DNA from: Alphaproteobacteria bacterium
GTDB taxonomy: Bacteria; Pseudomonadota; Alphaproteobacteria; UBA7887
Length of the DNA: 64,000 nucleotides
Assembly (NCBI GenBank): GCA_965216755.1
Contig: CBDCGL010000011.1
Location: forward strand, 1,920,001 to 1,984,000
Direction of reading: 5' to 3'
Part shown: piece by piece, positions 40,088 through 49,695 of the stretch
Position numbering within the stretch: position 1 is the stretch's first letter
Layout: the number at the start of each line of letters is the position of its first letter
The notes under the pieces: generated by a model
Told to the model about the DNA's origin: nothing
The model's database searches: none
The model's input: only the letters and a program-made list of their open reading frames with translations
Made by a program: the position numbers and the translations under genes

Positions 40088-40651
40088 TGACTTGGAAACG
40101 ACGCCTGTAAGCTCGGTTGACGCCCGAAGAACTGGCTGAGGCTCGTCACAACGAAGCACAACGCGCCGACACGCAGTAATATGTGAACGCCCGTCGTTCG
40201 GAAGATAATTCGGTTGATAACTTCTCGAATCGTGGTGGCTTTTTCGGCGTTGATTCGGTTGCCGTCATCGTTGAAATATGCGCCCTTGATGTGTTCCTCG
40301 ATATAGATCGCAATACCAGCGATTTCGCGTTTTAAGAACGTGCTCTTAAATCCAGGCATGCCACGGTCGCGGATGCCCACCGTAATCACATGACGAGGCC
40401 TTCGCAAACGAGCAGCGTCGCAGATCCGCCGCAAAGCCGCCATATGCGGGACCACCTCGGCCGTCTGCCTTATGACAGCGCGCGCACGTGTTGGGCAATT
40501 CGGTGGATTCCTTCGGCGGCGGACCGCGCCGTTTCTTCTTCTCCTCGGCCATGGTTGTCACGATGGATAACATGGCGAATACTGCCGTGCCAAGAAACAT
40601 CACGGCGGCCACGCTGCCGAGAATTCGTACCTGTTGGAAAGGTTCGTGCAT
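40084..40651 (-). pseudogene. Frameshifted monoheme c-type cytochrome
   Basis: The first frame has a TM/signal segment and CARCH...GGFAADLR. The distal axial-Met region VITVGIRDRGMPGF...EIAGIAIYI lies in a different frame, with the break at ~40390-40420. Confidence 0.72.
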
Positions 40652-40770
40652 TGTGTCGCGTCCGGTCTATAGGTCGCCTCACACACAGATGAGGCGCCTT
40701 GCTGTTCAGGTACATAGCTGGGCGCTCGGACACGGTAGTGGGTTCTAAACCAAAAGCCGAATAATCGGAG

Positions 40771-40803
40771 AAAAGCATGGGCCGGCGGTTTCGCGCCGGC
40801 TCA
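40771..40803 (-). terminator. Hairpin/terminator after the PQQ dehydrogenase
   Basis: Minus strand tgagccggcg-cgaaac-cgccggccca-tgcTTTT. Confidence 0.55.
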
Positions 40804-40820
40804 CACCATAAGCAGTGTTT

Positions 40821-42662
40821 TTAGAGCGAAAACACGTAGAGAACGTTGCTCGGCACAGCAGATTTCATCTCAGGCGTTGAGTCGATGAACCACTGCGGCC
40901 AGATACCGCCGAGACCAACTTGGATGGCAATATATTGCTTGCCATCGGCCTCATAAGAGATTGGAGGTGCATTGATCCCCGAGCCGGTCTCGAAGCGCCA
41001 CAACTCTTCAAGGCTGGTATCGTCAAGCGCGACCAACGAACCATCGGCGGTACCAGTGAAGACCAAGCCGCCAGCCGTCGACATAATGCCGCCCAGCATC
41101 GGGTATTGTGTCTCCCACTTGCGCACGACGGCGCCCGTGGAGACATCAATCGCCGTCACGCTGCCGGTGGGACGGCTATATGCCGGATCTCCAAAAGTAA
41201 AGTACGGTGCGCCGCCCAGGAACCACTGACGCGTGGAAGGATCGAAGTCCTGCGGAGCAACCGTTGAAAACGCCCTATTGCAACTCTCGATCACCGGGAT
41301 GTAGTAGAGGCCGGTGTGCGGGCTGTAAGAGGTCGGAGGCCAGTTCTTACCACCGGTGTGAGCGGGGCAGGAAATGCCTTCGACCTCACTCCGCGTGCCC
41401 GGTTCCGTTTCATCGCCACGATGGGCTGCGGTGCCTTCTTTGTAGCGCTGGACATCTACATTGGGATCGTACGAAACGGGTCGGCCGTTCGTATCAAGCC
41501 CGTCCGTCCAGTTCAGCTTCTTGACAAACTGCGTGCCCCAAACGAACTCGCCGTTGGAACGGTCAAGCGCGTAAGCAAAACCGTTGCGGTTGGCATGCAG
41601 TGTTGCACGCGTGAACTGACCGTTGATCACGGCATCAACGAAGGTGTTTTCCGCGATCGAGTCATAGTCGTACGGATCGTTCGGCGTGTGCTGGAAGCCC
41701 CACAGGAATTCACCCGTGTCGGCGTTCACGGCGATGGTGCTGTCGGTCCACAGGTTGTCGCCGGGACGATAGGCGTTATCCCAGTCAGGACCAGGATTGG
41801 AGGTCCCCCAAACGATGATGTTCAGCTCCGGATCGAAGGAGCCAGTGACCCAAGTGGTACCACCACCGGTCTTCCATGCGCCGTAATCATCTTTCCACGT
41901 TTCGTGACCCGGTTCGCCCGGACCAGGAATCGTGTGCGTGCGCCAGATTTCCTCGCCCGTGTTGATATCGAGCGCAGCGATCCAACCGCGGACACCGAAT
42001 TCAGCGCCACCCATGCCGGTAACGACCATGTCTTTGACGATCAATGGAGCGCCAGTGATTGTCTCGGCAATGCCCGGATCCGCGACTTCGGATTCCCAAA
42101 TCAAGCTGCCGTCGGTCTTGTTCAATGCGCGAATACGGCCGTCAATAACCGGCGCGAGAACCATGTTGCCATGCAGCGCGACACCGCGATTGTTAATACC
42201 GCAGCACAGAACGCTCGGCGCCCAATCTTTATCGGCTTCCGGGTCAGACTTCCAAACCGTGACCGGTTTTCCGCCGCGTACGTCAAGCTTGGTGACAACG
42301 CCCCAACCGGTCGTCAGGTACAGATAACCGTTTTCCGCAATCGGCGTGCCTTCTAGGCCAGAAAATGCGTACACAACCGGATCGGCACCGCCGCCTTGAG
42401 CGCTACCCATTGCGTAAGTAAACGCAACTTTGAGGTCGCCGACATTGTCTGAGTTGATCTGACTGAGACCAGAGAAGCGATGAGCCTCGTAATTGCCGTG
42501 ATGATTGATCCAGTTTTCTGGCTCAATTTCACTATTGGCCAAACGCTCGTGGGTAACATTACCCGCCAACGCCGAGCCCGCAAACATGGCCGCCCCTGCA
42601 ACGGCCGCGGTCGCACCCGCGACACATGTTCGTAACTCGCGCATTCTCTCAGATTTCATCAT
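40821..42662 (-). CDS. Periplasmic PQQ-dependent alcohol dehydrogenase family protein, predicted lanthanide type
   Basis: Signal peptide; vicinal LCCG, NRG, GAEFGVRG, GGGTTW, WGTSNPGP, YDYDSIAE (DxD), GGKNW; strong GGAGG RBS. Confidence 0.9.
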   Translation of the reverse strand: MMKSERMRELRTCVAGATAAVAGAAMFAGSALAGNVTHERLANSEIEPENWINHHGNYEAHRFSGLSQINSDNVGDLKVAFTYAMGSAQGGGADPVVYAFSGLEGTPIAENGYLYLTTGWGVVTKLDVRGGKPVTVWKSDPEADKDWAPSVLCCGINNRGVALHGNMVLAPVIDGRIRALNKTDGSLIWESEVADPGIAETITGAPLIVKDMVVTGMGGAEFGVRGWIAALDINTGEEIWRTHTIPGPGEPGHETWKDDYGAWKTGGGTTWVTGSFDPELNIIVWGTSNPGPDWDNAYRPGDNLWTDSTIAVNADTGEFLWGFQHTPNDPYDYDSIAENTFVDAVINGQFTRATLHANRNGFAYALDRSNGEFVWGTQFVKKLNWTDGLDTNGRPVSYDPNVDVQRYKEGTAAHRGDETEPGTRSEVEGISCPAHTGGKNWPPTSYSPHTGLYYIPVIESCNRAFSTVAPQDFDPSTRQWFLGGAPYFTFGDPAYSRPTGSVTAIDVSTGAVVRKWETQYPMLGGIMSTAGGLVFTGTADGSLVALDDTSLEELWRFETGSGINAPPISYEADGKQYIAIQVGLGGIWPQWFIDSTPEMKSAVPSNVLYVFSL

Positions 42663-42812
42663 TAAGCCCTCCTGTATTTGTTGGCTGCGCTTCGGAGACA
42701 AGCACGACTAGAAGCCGTTGGCCGAGCGCATGATCGCGCACGTCCGTTTCACCTCCGCCAACCCGATTTAACCGCCACATCCACACAGCCCGGGATGTTC
42801 CGAGCCGCAATC

Positions 42813-43133
42813 TCAACTCGCCAGAAAGGTGACGTTTTGGCCTTCCATCACCTCTATGCCTGTATCTTTCCGTGGCAAATCTTGCCCAACGGTTTCAATA
42901 CTTGTATAGCTATGCATGTCGAGGCTGTTCGCGGCGCGAACCATACGCTCCATTCCTTGCGTGAGCTCATTGGGGCTCATGAAGGCATGCAATTGCGCCA
43001 CCTCGGAGGACTGGAGGCGAGAAATCACAACGGGCCGCCATAGCCCGAGTGTCACAATGCCCATGAGTTCTTGTCGCTGGGACGTGGCATCGTTGGGACA
43101 AACGAAGTCAACGCGGTTCGCAACACCAGGCAT
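42813..43133 (-). CDS. Hypothetical protein
   Basis: 106 aa ORF preceded by a strong SD (GGGAGGaatcATG); no recognisable motif. Confidence 0.4.
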   Translation of the reverse strand: MPGVANRVDFVCPNDATSQRQELMGIVTLGLWRPVVISRLQSSEVAQLHAFMSPNELTQGMERMVRAANSLDMHSYTSIETVGQDLPRKDTGIEVMEGQNVTFLAS

Positions 43134-43222
43134 GATTCCTCCCTAACCTTTACCCTCAAACAGCCGCGCCAAGCACGACTTGGTGGTAGGTGACATGCCC
43201 GAGGCAAAGCTTGGTGAAATGC

Positions 43223-43297
43223 GCGAAAGTAAATTGCAAGAAAATGGTCAGGACCAACCACGCTGGTTCTGACCATTTTCTTGCAATTTACTTTCGC
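43223..43297. repeat. Perfect 29-bp inverted repeat (long hairpin)
   Basis: gcgaaagtaaattgcaagaaaatggtcag (43223-43251) is the exact reverse complement of 43269-43297; an inner gacca/tggtt pairing leaves a 7-nt loop. Confidence 0.95.
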
Positions 43298-43644
43298 ATG
43301 TATCTAAAAAAGGGGCTCATTCAGGTGTTCAGTATCGAACCGCGAGCTGACACGACATACCGAAATTAGATAGGTCAGTGAAACAAGCGAACGCGGGTAT
43401 AAGACCAATTAAGAAAGTTTTTTAATAGAGCATAGTAATAGCAATGGTGGATCCCACTGTTAATGCCCCACACAATTTGGTGTAAGATATTTTAGAAACA
43501 GAGGTCTAGTATTTCACAGACAACAACTACATCGATAAGGGGTTTGTAAAAAAATTGGGCACCGCCGCATTTGCAGTATGCAATGCATCGCGTCGTCATG
43601 CGGACGCAAAATACCAAGATACATATGTGGGTATGCGGCGGCGT

Positions 43645-45744
43645 TTAGGGCACAAGATAGGTGCACGAAAGATCGGCCGCCGCATGATCAACCACTCGGT
43701 CATAGAACGACGACGCCTTCGAAACAAGGGGTGCCTTGTCTTCGTCGAGCAGTAACCGGCGCGTCACCAGGCCATCCGCCGCAGCCATAACCGCAGTCAT
43801 GTAGTCCTCTTTTGAAGCATACCGCGCCGCAATAGAGACCCTCGAGTCGCCGACCGCGGCGCGGTCGTCCTCAGTTTCGGGGAACGGGAAAAACGAGCCA
43901 GTCCACCGACCGAGCTGCCCATCGAGGCCATAGGGTGGCCGGCGCAGATTCCAGCCGACATGTGTGCCCAGCGGCACCGCAATCCGAGGCAGGCGAATCC
44001 CGCCCCGGTCGAGCCCGTCCTCGTTTGGCATGGGAACCAAGGTCCGATAGGCGCGACCCATCGCCGGCGGCACGTTGTCGATGATCCCGTCAGACGTCCA
44101 GCGCGGTCCCATATCCAAACGCGGCGGCGCCAGATTGGTAGTCGGCAATTGTACGCCGGGGATCCGAGGGAACGCCGTGTGCCACGCGGCGACCGACCCG
44201 AGGGTGCCATCGGCAATGGTTGGCCGTACCGACGGCGGCGGCATCACGCCGTTCGCCATCCATTCGTCCAGTCGCACCAACAACGCGCGCAGGATGGGTC
44301 GATGATCAAGCGGATTGGCACAGTTTTGGTTGATGCCGCGTTCGGGAAAAACCCACACGCCATGCTGCGCACCAGCGACAAAATAGATACGAACGCGCTC
44401 ATCAACCTCGGCATCGCGCGTGCCACCGACGTCGGTATGTTTCAGAGACGCCGAACGCGTCCAATACTCGGTCGACGTATCTGTGTAGAAGATCTTCGGC
44501 ACCGCGTTGCGCGTCTTGGCGACGGCCAGCACATCCCCGCTGGCGCCGGTGATCGGATCTTCCTGTAGCACCGTTGTGAATGGAAAAAAATCGGCGGGAT
44601 ATTGGTGATCTTCATGTTGGCTCCCGTGTCGCGTGGTCTGCGCGAAACGGTGATTGAAACTGCCCTTGCCACTACCGGCAACATTGATCAGCGCGGCATC
44701 GAACACGGGACGCCCCGCCTCGTCAATGTGGAAGCCTTGCCAGAGCATGTGGTTAATCACCCGGCCAGATTGGGAAATGCCGAAAATCATCGCGTGTGAA
44801 ATATGGCCGGCAACCGGATTGGCGCGTCCCGACCGATCCTGATCAGAAAATCTGAAGAAGGCCACGGCATCGCGGATCGCCGCCAAACCTAGGCCGACGA
44901 CGCGCGGCTCCTCTGCCCGATAGACCAGTTCGTACAACACGCCGGCCTTGAAGCCGTCGGGATAGTAGACATGAGTCGCATCGCTGATCGGTCCGTCATC
45001 GGTCAGTCTTGCAAAGCGCCAATCGGCGCGCGGAATAAGTTCGCGCGAACCGCTTTGGCTCCAGCGCTGCGTCAAAACCGCGTCGGGGTCGTTCGTGTCC
45101 AGCGCCGGATAGCCGCGCGAGTTGCCCCAGGCAACGGGCTGCGTCTGAGACGGCACGTTGACCGTGATTTCGGCCGACACCAAACCCGTCATCGGCACCA
45201 CGCTGCCGTCGGGTGCCTTGTCGACGGCGATCGGTAGATCGATCTGCATGCGATCGCGGCCCGGCACCACATCCCAGTTCCACCCACTCCACAACAAGGT
45301 GTAGCCGCGCGCGAGCAAAAATCCATTGCCGGCATCAGCCCGGTCGGACGGGTCGTTTGTGTGCGGGCCTTCGTTAAAAAACGCCAACATGCCGACCGAA
45401 CCGCGGTTGCCGACCTCATACAAAAGGCGGCCGTTAGCCCGCGCCATATCTGACGGCCGCAGCATCAGGAATGGCGCACGAAACCGCACAAGGCCGTCGG
45501 TATCCGTGGGCGCATGTTGCAGATCGACAATGGCCTGATTAGCCGTATTGGCCGGATCGATCGCGATCGTCAGTTGACCGCGGATCTTCTCATAGCCGCC
45601 CGCTGGCCCAAATTCGGTGCCGCGCGCAAACGGCACCCGCTCCTCAATCTCCAGGCGTTCGACCGCGCCGGCGGCAGTACGATGTTCGACGTTGGTGAAA
45701 CCGATCGCAAGACAAAGTCCCACGATCACGTGATACGATCTCAT
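43645..45744 (-). CDS. Large secreted alpha/beta hydrolase-domain protein
   Basis: Signal peptide; YEVGNRG, LLARGYTLLWSGW, GISQSG nucleophile elbow, NHRFAQ, TSTEYW, AGAQH, GWNLR. Confidence 0.8.
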   Translation of the reverse strand: MRSYHVIVGLCLAIGFTNVEHRTAAGAVERLEIEERVPFARGTEFGPAGGYEKIRGQLTIAIDPANTANQAIVDLQHAPTDTDGLVRFRAPFLMLRPSDMARANGRLLYEVGNRGSVGMLAFFNEGPHTNDPSDRADAGNGFLLARGYTLLWSGWNWDVVPGRDRMQIDLPIAVDKAPDGSVVPMTGLVSAEITVNVPSQTQPVAWGNSRGYPALDTNDPDAVLTQRWSQSGSRELIPRADWRFARLTDDGPISDATHVYYPDGFKAGVLYELVYRAEEPRVVGLGLAAIRDAVAFFRFSDQDRSGRANPVAGHISHAMIFGISQSGRVINHMLWQGFHIDEAGRPVFDAALINVAGSGKGSFNHRFAQTTRHGSQHEDHQYPADFFPFTTVLQEDPITGASGDVLAVAKTRNAVPKIFYTDTSTEYWTRSASLKHTDVGGTRDAEVDERVRIYFVAGAQHGVWVFPERGINQNCANPLDHRPILRALLVRLDEWMANGVMPPPSVRPTIADGTLGSVAAWHTAFPRIPGVQLPTTNLAPPRLDMGPRWTSDGIIDNVPPAMGRAYRTLVPMPNEDGLDRGGIRLPRIAVPLGTHVGWNLRRPPYGLDGQLGRWTGSFFPFPETEDDRAAVGDSRVSIAARYASKEDYMTAVMAAADGLVTRRLLLDEDKAPLVSKASSFYDRVVDHAAADLSCTYLVP

Positions 45745-45818
45745 CGTCAGTCTACCTTGCCCCACATTGCGCGGGCCGTGATTATAGCGCCGAAACAGTC
45801 AATAGCGGGAAACACACG

Positions 45819-46817
45819 ATGCGCATTCTGCAGTTTGAGGGGGACGATCGGACCCATCGCGTCGGCATCGTCGAAGACGATGGCGATCGTGTGCGCGTTT
45901 ATCACAAGCCAGCCCGGGTCTATGACCTTGCCCTCGAAGCCGTGCGCGCACGTCAGACCCTGGAGGCCGTCGTATTGGCGGGACTCGATGGCGAAACCCG
46001 TTTGTTTCATGAGCTCCGCGACGGCAAGCGGATCTTACCGCCGTTAGATCATCCGGATCCCAGCCATTGCCTGGTCACCGGCACCGGTTTGTCGCATTTG
46101 GGCAGTGCCCAGTCGCGTGACGAAATGCACGCGAAATTGGCCGCGGGCGACGAGCAACTCACTGATTCGATGAAAATGTTCAAACTCGGATTGGAAGGCG
46201 GAAAGCCGGCCTTTGGGTCCATCGGTGCGCAACCGGAATGGTTTTGGAAAGGCGACGGCTCGATCGTGGCCGGCTGCGGCCGGCCCTTGGTAAGCCCGCG
46301 ATTTGCCGAGGATGCCGGTGAAGAAGCCGAGATCGCGGGGCTATACGTGATCGGCGACGACCGCCAGCCATATCGACTCGGCTTTGCATTGGCCAATGAG
46401 TTCGCGGACCATGTTATGGAGCAACGCAACTATCTCTATCTAGCCCATTCAAAGCTCCGCGCCTGCGCCGTCGGACCGGAATTGCGCACTGGCCCCCTGC
46501 CTGAGCATGTCAGTGGCACGGTACGAATTCGTCGAAGCAATGAAGTGATTTTCGAATCCGAGTTTCTTAGCGGCGAGCGCAACATGTCGCACACGATTGC
46601 GAATCTGGAGCACCATCATTTTAAGTACGAGCTCTTTCGCCGCCCTGGCGACGTTCACATTCATTTTTTTGGCACTGGGGTGTTGAGTTTTACAGCAGGT
46701 ATTCGCGCACAATCGGGCGATGTGTTTGAGCTCGAGTCTGAACAATTTGGAAACGCGCTGTCCAATCCGCTAGCGGTTGGTCCGGACGACGGTTTGGTCT
46801 CGGTGAAGAGCCTCTAA
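45819..46817 (+). CDS. gguC: AraD1/GguC family protein (fumarylacetoacetate hydrolase fold)
   Basis: TGTGLSHLGSA, LTDSMKMF, QPEWFWKG, GEEAEIAG, NYLYLAHSKLR, LEHHHFKY. Confidence 0.88.
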   Translation: MRILQFEGDDRTHRVGIVEDDGDRVRVYHKPARVYDLALEAVRARQTLEAVVLAGLDGETRLFHELRDGKRILPPLDHPDPSHCLVTGTGLSHLGSAQSRDEMHAKLAAGDEQLTDSMKMFKLGLEGGKPAFGSIGAQPEWFWKGDGSIVAGCGRPLVSPRFAEDAGEEAEIAGLYVIGDDRQPYRLGFALANEFADHVMEQRNYLYLAHSKLRACAVGPELRTGPLPEHVSGTVRIRRSNEVIFESEFLSGERNMSHTIANLEHHHFKYELFRRPGDVHIHFFGTGVLSFTAGIRAQSGDVFELESEQFGNALSNPLAVGPDDGLVSVKSL

Positions 46818-46983
46818 ACGCTGGCCGTTTGATCCGGGTCACAGACGAGTTCTTGTCCACCGGGACAAAACCCGCAGCGGCGAGGTCCTAAGCCGTGGCG
46901 GTGCGCCTAATATTTGTCACCGCGCACTGGCCCCAATGGCACCGACGGTGCTATAGCATGCGCATGCTTCCGTCGGCTGCCCT

Positions 46984-48135
46984 ATGGCCCTTCTAACCGA
47001 AACCGCTGATCTCGACGCGCTGGTTGCGCAGCGCGCGACCGATCCATTCGTGTGTATCGACACCGAATTCATGCGTGAAAGCACGTTTTGGCCGCGCCTG
47101 TGTTTGATCCAGCTAGCGGGACCAGGCGGCGACGCGGTTGCGATCGATCCGTTGGCGCCGGGCCTTTCCCTCGAACCACTCATCAAGTTGCTCGACAACC
47201 CGGCGGTGGTGAAAGTGTTTCACGCGGCCCGCCAGGATATCGAGATTTTTTTCCAAATGACGGGGCGAGTCCCGACGCCCATCTTTGACACGCAAGTCGC
47301 GGCAATGGTGTGCGGATTCGGCGAGGCGGCCAGCTATGAAACGCTCGCCCGCCGCTTGGCGCGTGCGCGCATCGACAAATCGTCGCGGTTCACCGACTGG
47401 TCGAAGCGGCCCTTGACCGACCGCCAGATCGCCTACGCGCTGGCCGACGTGGAACATCTTGGGCCGATCTACACAAAATTGGCGCGTCGGCTGGAATCGT
47501 CTGGTCGCAGCGAATGGGTTCAAGAGGAAATGGCTGTTCTGAGTGCCCCGAGCAGTTACACGACCGCGCCCGAGAACGCCTGGCAGCGCATCAAGACGCG
47601 AAATTCCAACACAAGATTCTTAGCGATTCTGCGCGAAGTCGCAGCGGTTCGGGAACGCATGGCGCAAGAACGAGATCAGCCGCGCAACCGAATTCTGCGT
47701 GAAGAGGCCTTGATTGAGATCGCATCGCACATGCCTGACAACGTCGAGGCGTTGGCACGCACACGCGGACTGCCACGCAGTATTGCCCATGGCAAACTTG
47801 GCGCGGCGTTGCTTGGGGCGGTTGCGATCGGGCAGGCCGTGCCGGAAGAGGACTGCCCACGGGCGGTCCGACTCAACAATGGCAACCGCGCTGCCGGCCC
47901 CATCGTCGATCTGCTCAAAGTGCTTCTGAAATTGAGATGCCAGCAACATGACGTGGCTCAGAAATTGGTTTCGAATGCCAATGATTTAGAACGTCTCGCG
48001 GCGGGAGAAAGGTCGGAAATCAATGCGCTGCAGGGCTGGCGTCGTGAAATCTTTGGGGCCGACGCGATCGCTTTGATCGAAGGCCGGCTGGCACTTACCG
48101 GCAAGAATGGCAATATCGCGGAGATCGGTATTTAG
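46984..48135 (+). CDS. rnd: Ribonuclease D
   Basis: IDTEFMRE, LCLIQLA, HAARQD, DTQVAA, TDWSKRPL, YALADV; HRDC domain. Confidence 0.96.
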   Translation: MALLTETADLDALVAQRATDPFVCIDTEFMRESTFWPRLCLIQLAGPGGDAVAIDPLAPGLSLEPLIKLLDNPAVVKVFHAARQDIEIFFQMTGRVPTPIFDTQVAAMVCGFGEAASYETLARRLARARIDKSSRFTDWSKRPLTDRQIAYALADVEHLGPIYTKLARRLESSGRSEWVQEEMAVLSAPSSYTTAPENAWQRIKTRNSNTRFLAILREVAAVRERMAQERDQPRNRILREEALIEIASHMPDNVEALARTRGLPRSIAHGKLGAALLGAVAIGQAVPEEDCPRAVRLNNGNRAAGPIVDLLKVLLKLRCQQHDVAQKLVSNANDLERLAAGERSEINALQGWRREIFGADAIALIEGRLALTGKNGNIAEIGI

Positions 48136-48156
48136 CCTGGGCTGAACCAGCCGTCG

Positions 48157-49695
48157 CTATGCAACTTCCGCGGGCGGTCGTACCCGAAACGCGGCCTTGT
48201 GCTTCAAATGGCGCGCGAGCCGCTCAAAGCGCCGTACGGTTACCTCGCCGATTAGAGACGCGGCAATGCTGTCGTGTGTCAGCACGATCGCATCATCATC
48301 GAGTTCAAGCGCGAAACCGTTGAGGAGATGACTGGCGGTACCGCACAGAGTCAAAGCCATACGCGCGGCCAGTCCGATCGTTTGCGCCTGAAAAGCCAAT
48401 TCATCGTCCAGAATGCGCGCGACCTGTTGCACCGAGTCGGGCCAGTCCCCACCGGTGTAGCGGCAATATGTCGCCAAGGCGACAAACACGCGTTCCTCAT
48501 GACACGCGGCCAAGGATGGATCCAGCAAGACCAGCTCGAACGCCTGTATCGCACGATAGTCGGGATGAAAGCGCCAACCGACGTCACACAATGCGCACGC
48601 TGCCAAACGCATCCGTCTGCATGCGGCCGACTCATCGGCGAACAACGGTGTTGTCCACCGTGCAATGGCATCGCCGGTGCCCGCGGCGCGCGGCGCGCGC
48701 GCGGCGAGGTCCACAGCACTATCGACCAGAACGTCATAGGCTGCGTCCCGACCAGCTAACCGGCTATAGACCAATCCCTCGCGCAAGCCGAACGCCGAGA
48801 ATGTAACCAGCGGAGGCCGCAACCGGCGGAGTAACCGGCCTAACACCTGCGCGGCCAAGGGCAAGACATCGATGCGACGCCGCGACACGCCCTCCAATCG
48901 CGCCAATGAGCGCCCGCTTTGCTGTGCCACCAAATCGGCGACCCGGCGCGCCGCATCGCGAGGCAACGCGTATTGATGAACAATGCGCACAGGATGTTGC
49001 GATTGAGCCATATGAATCCGGGCCAATGCGCGCCACGAGCCCCCGACCAAGTGCAGCGGCGCTGTCTTCACGTCGGCAAGCCAGTCCACCTCCGCAAGGG
49101 CATTATCGATCGCGCGAACGATTTGGGACTTTTTGCCGCCAGTGAGGTTGGCCAACCGCAACGGACCGATCGGCGCCGAACTCCGCGCACCGACCCGACC
49201 ATCTGAGATCGACACCAATTCCAAACTGCCGCCGCCAAGATCAGCGACGACACCATCGCCCTCTGCTCCACCCGCGACCGCCCCCAGCGCCGACAATCTT
49301 GCTTCTTCGTCACCCGAAAGCACACGCACGGACAAGCCGCTTTCGGCAGCGACCGCATCGACAAATGCAGCACCGTCGGTCGCGTCACGCACGGCGGCCG
49401 TCGCCACCACGTCGACGTCGTCGATTCCGAGATTCTCCAGCAGTTCGGCAAATCGGGACAAGTTCATTAGTGCCAGCTTTACGCCGTCTGGATCGAGTTG
49501 CCCTGTTTCCTGGAGCCTTTGTCCCAGGCCGCACATGATCTTTTCATTGAACAGCACGGCCGGTACGCGCCTGGCGCTCTCATAAACCACCAGGCGGACA
49601 GAGTTGGAACCGATATCGATAACAGCGAGGCGCGCGGCCCGTTGGCGCCGCGACCGGCGCCGGCCGGCGCTATGTGCGGCGGCGACCTGCGTCAC
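48157..49695 (-). CDS. ppx: Exopolyphosphatase Ppx/GppA family
   Basis: [35 protein letters not shown]; GTG start overlaps the ppk1 stop (GTGA). Confidence 0.93.
   Translation of the reverse strand: MTQVAAAHSAGRRRSRRQRAARLAVIDIGSNSVRLVVYESARRVPAVLFNEKIMCGLGQRLQETGQLDPDGVKLALMNLSRFAELLENLGIDDVDVVATAAVRDATDGAAFVDAVAAESGLSVRVLSGDEEARLSALGAVAGGAEGDGVVADLGGGSLELVSISDGRVGARSSAPIGPLRLANLTGGKKSQIVRAIDNALAEVDWLADVKTAPLHLVGGSWRALARIHMAQSQHPVRIVHQYALPRDAARRVADLVAQQSGRSLARLEGVSRRRIDVLPLAAQVLGRLLRRLRPPLVTFSAFGLREGLVYSRLAGRDAAYDVLVDSAVDLAARAPRAAGTGDAIARWTTPLFADESAACRRMRLAACALCDVGWRFHPDYRAIQAFELVLLDPSLAACHEERVFVALATYCRYTGGDWPDSVQQVARILDDELAFQAQTIGLAARMALTLCGTASHLLNGFALELDDDAIVLTHDSIAASLIGEVTVRRFERLARHLKHKAAFRVRPPAEVA

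Noticed and set aside
43298-43640. AT-rich tract as a replication origin
   Set aside because: No clustered DnaA boxes (TTATCCACA) or origin-associated genes; more likely promoter or islet DNA
38272-46983. Prophage, ICE or IS origin for the islet
   Set aside because: No integrase, transposase, phage gene, tRNA target or flanking direct repeats could be identified
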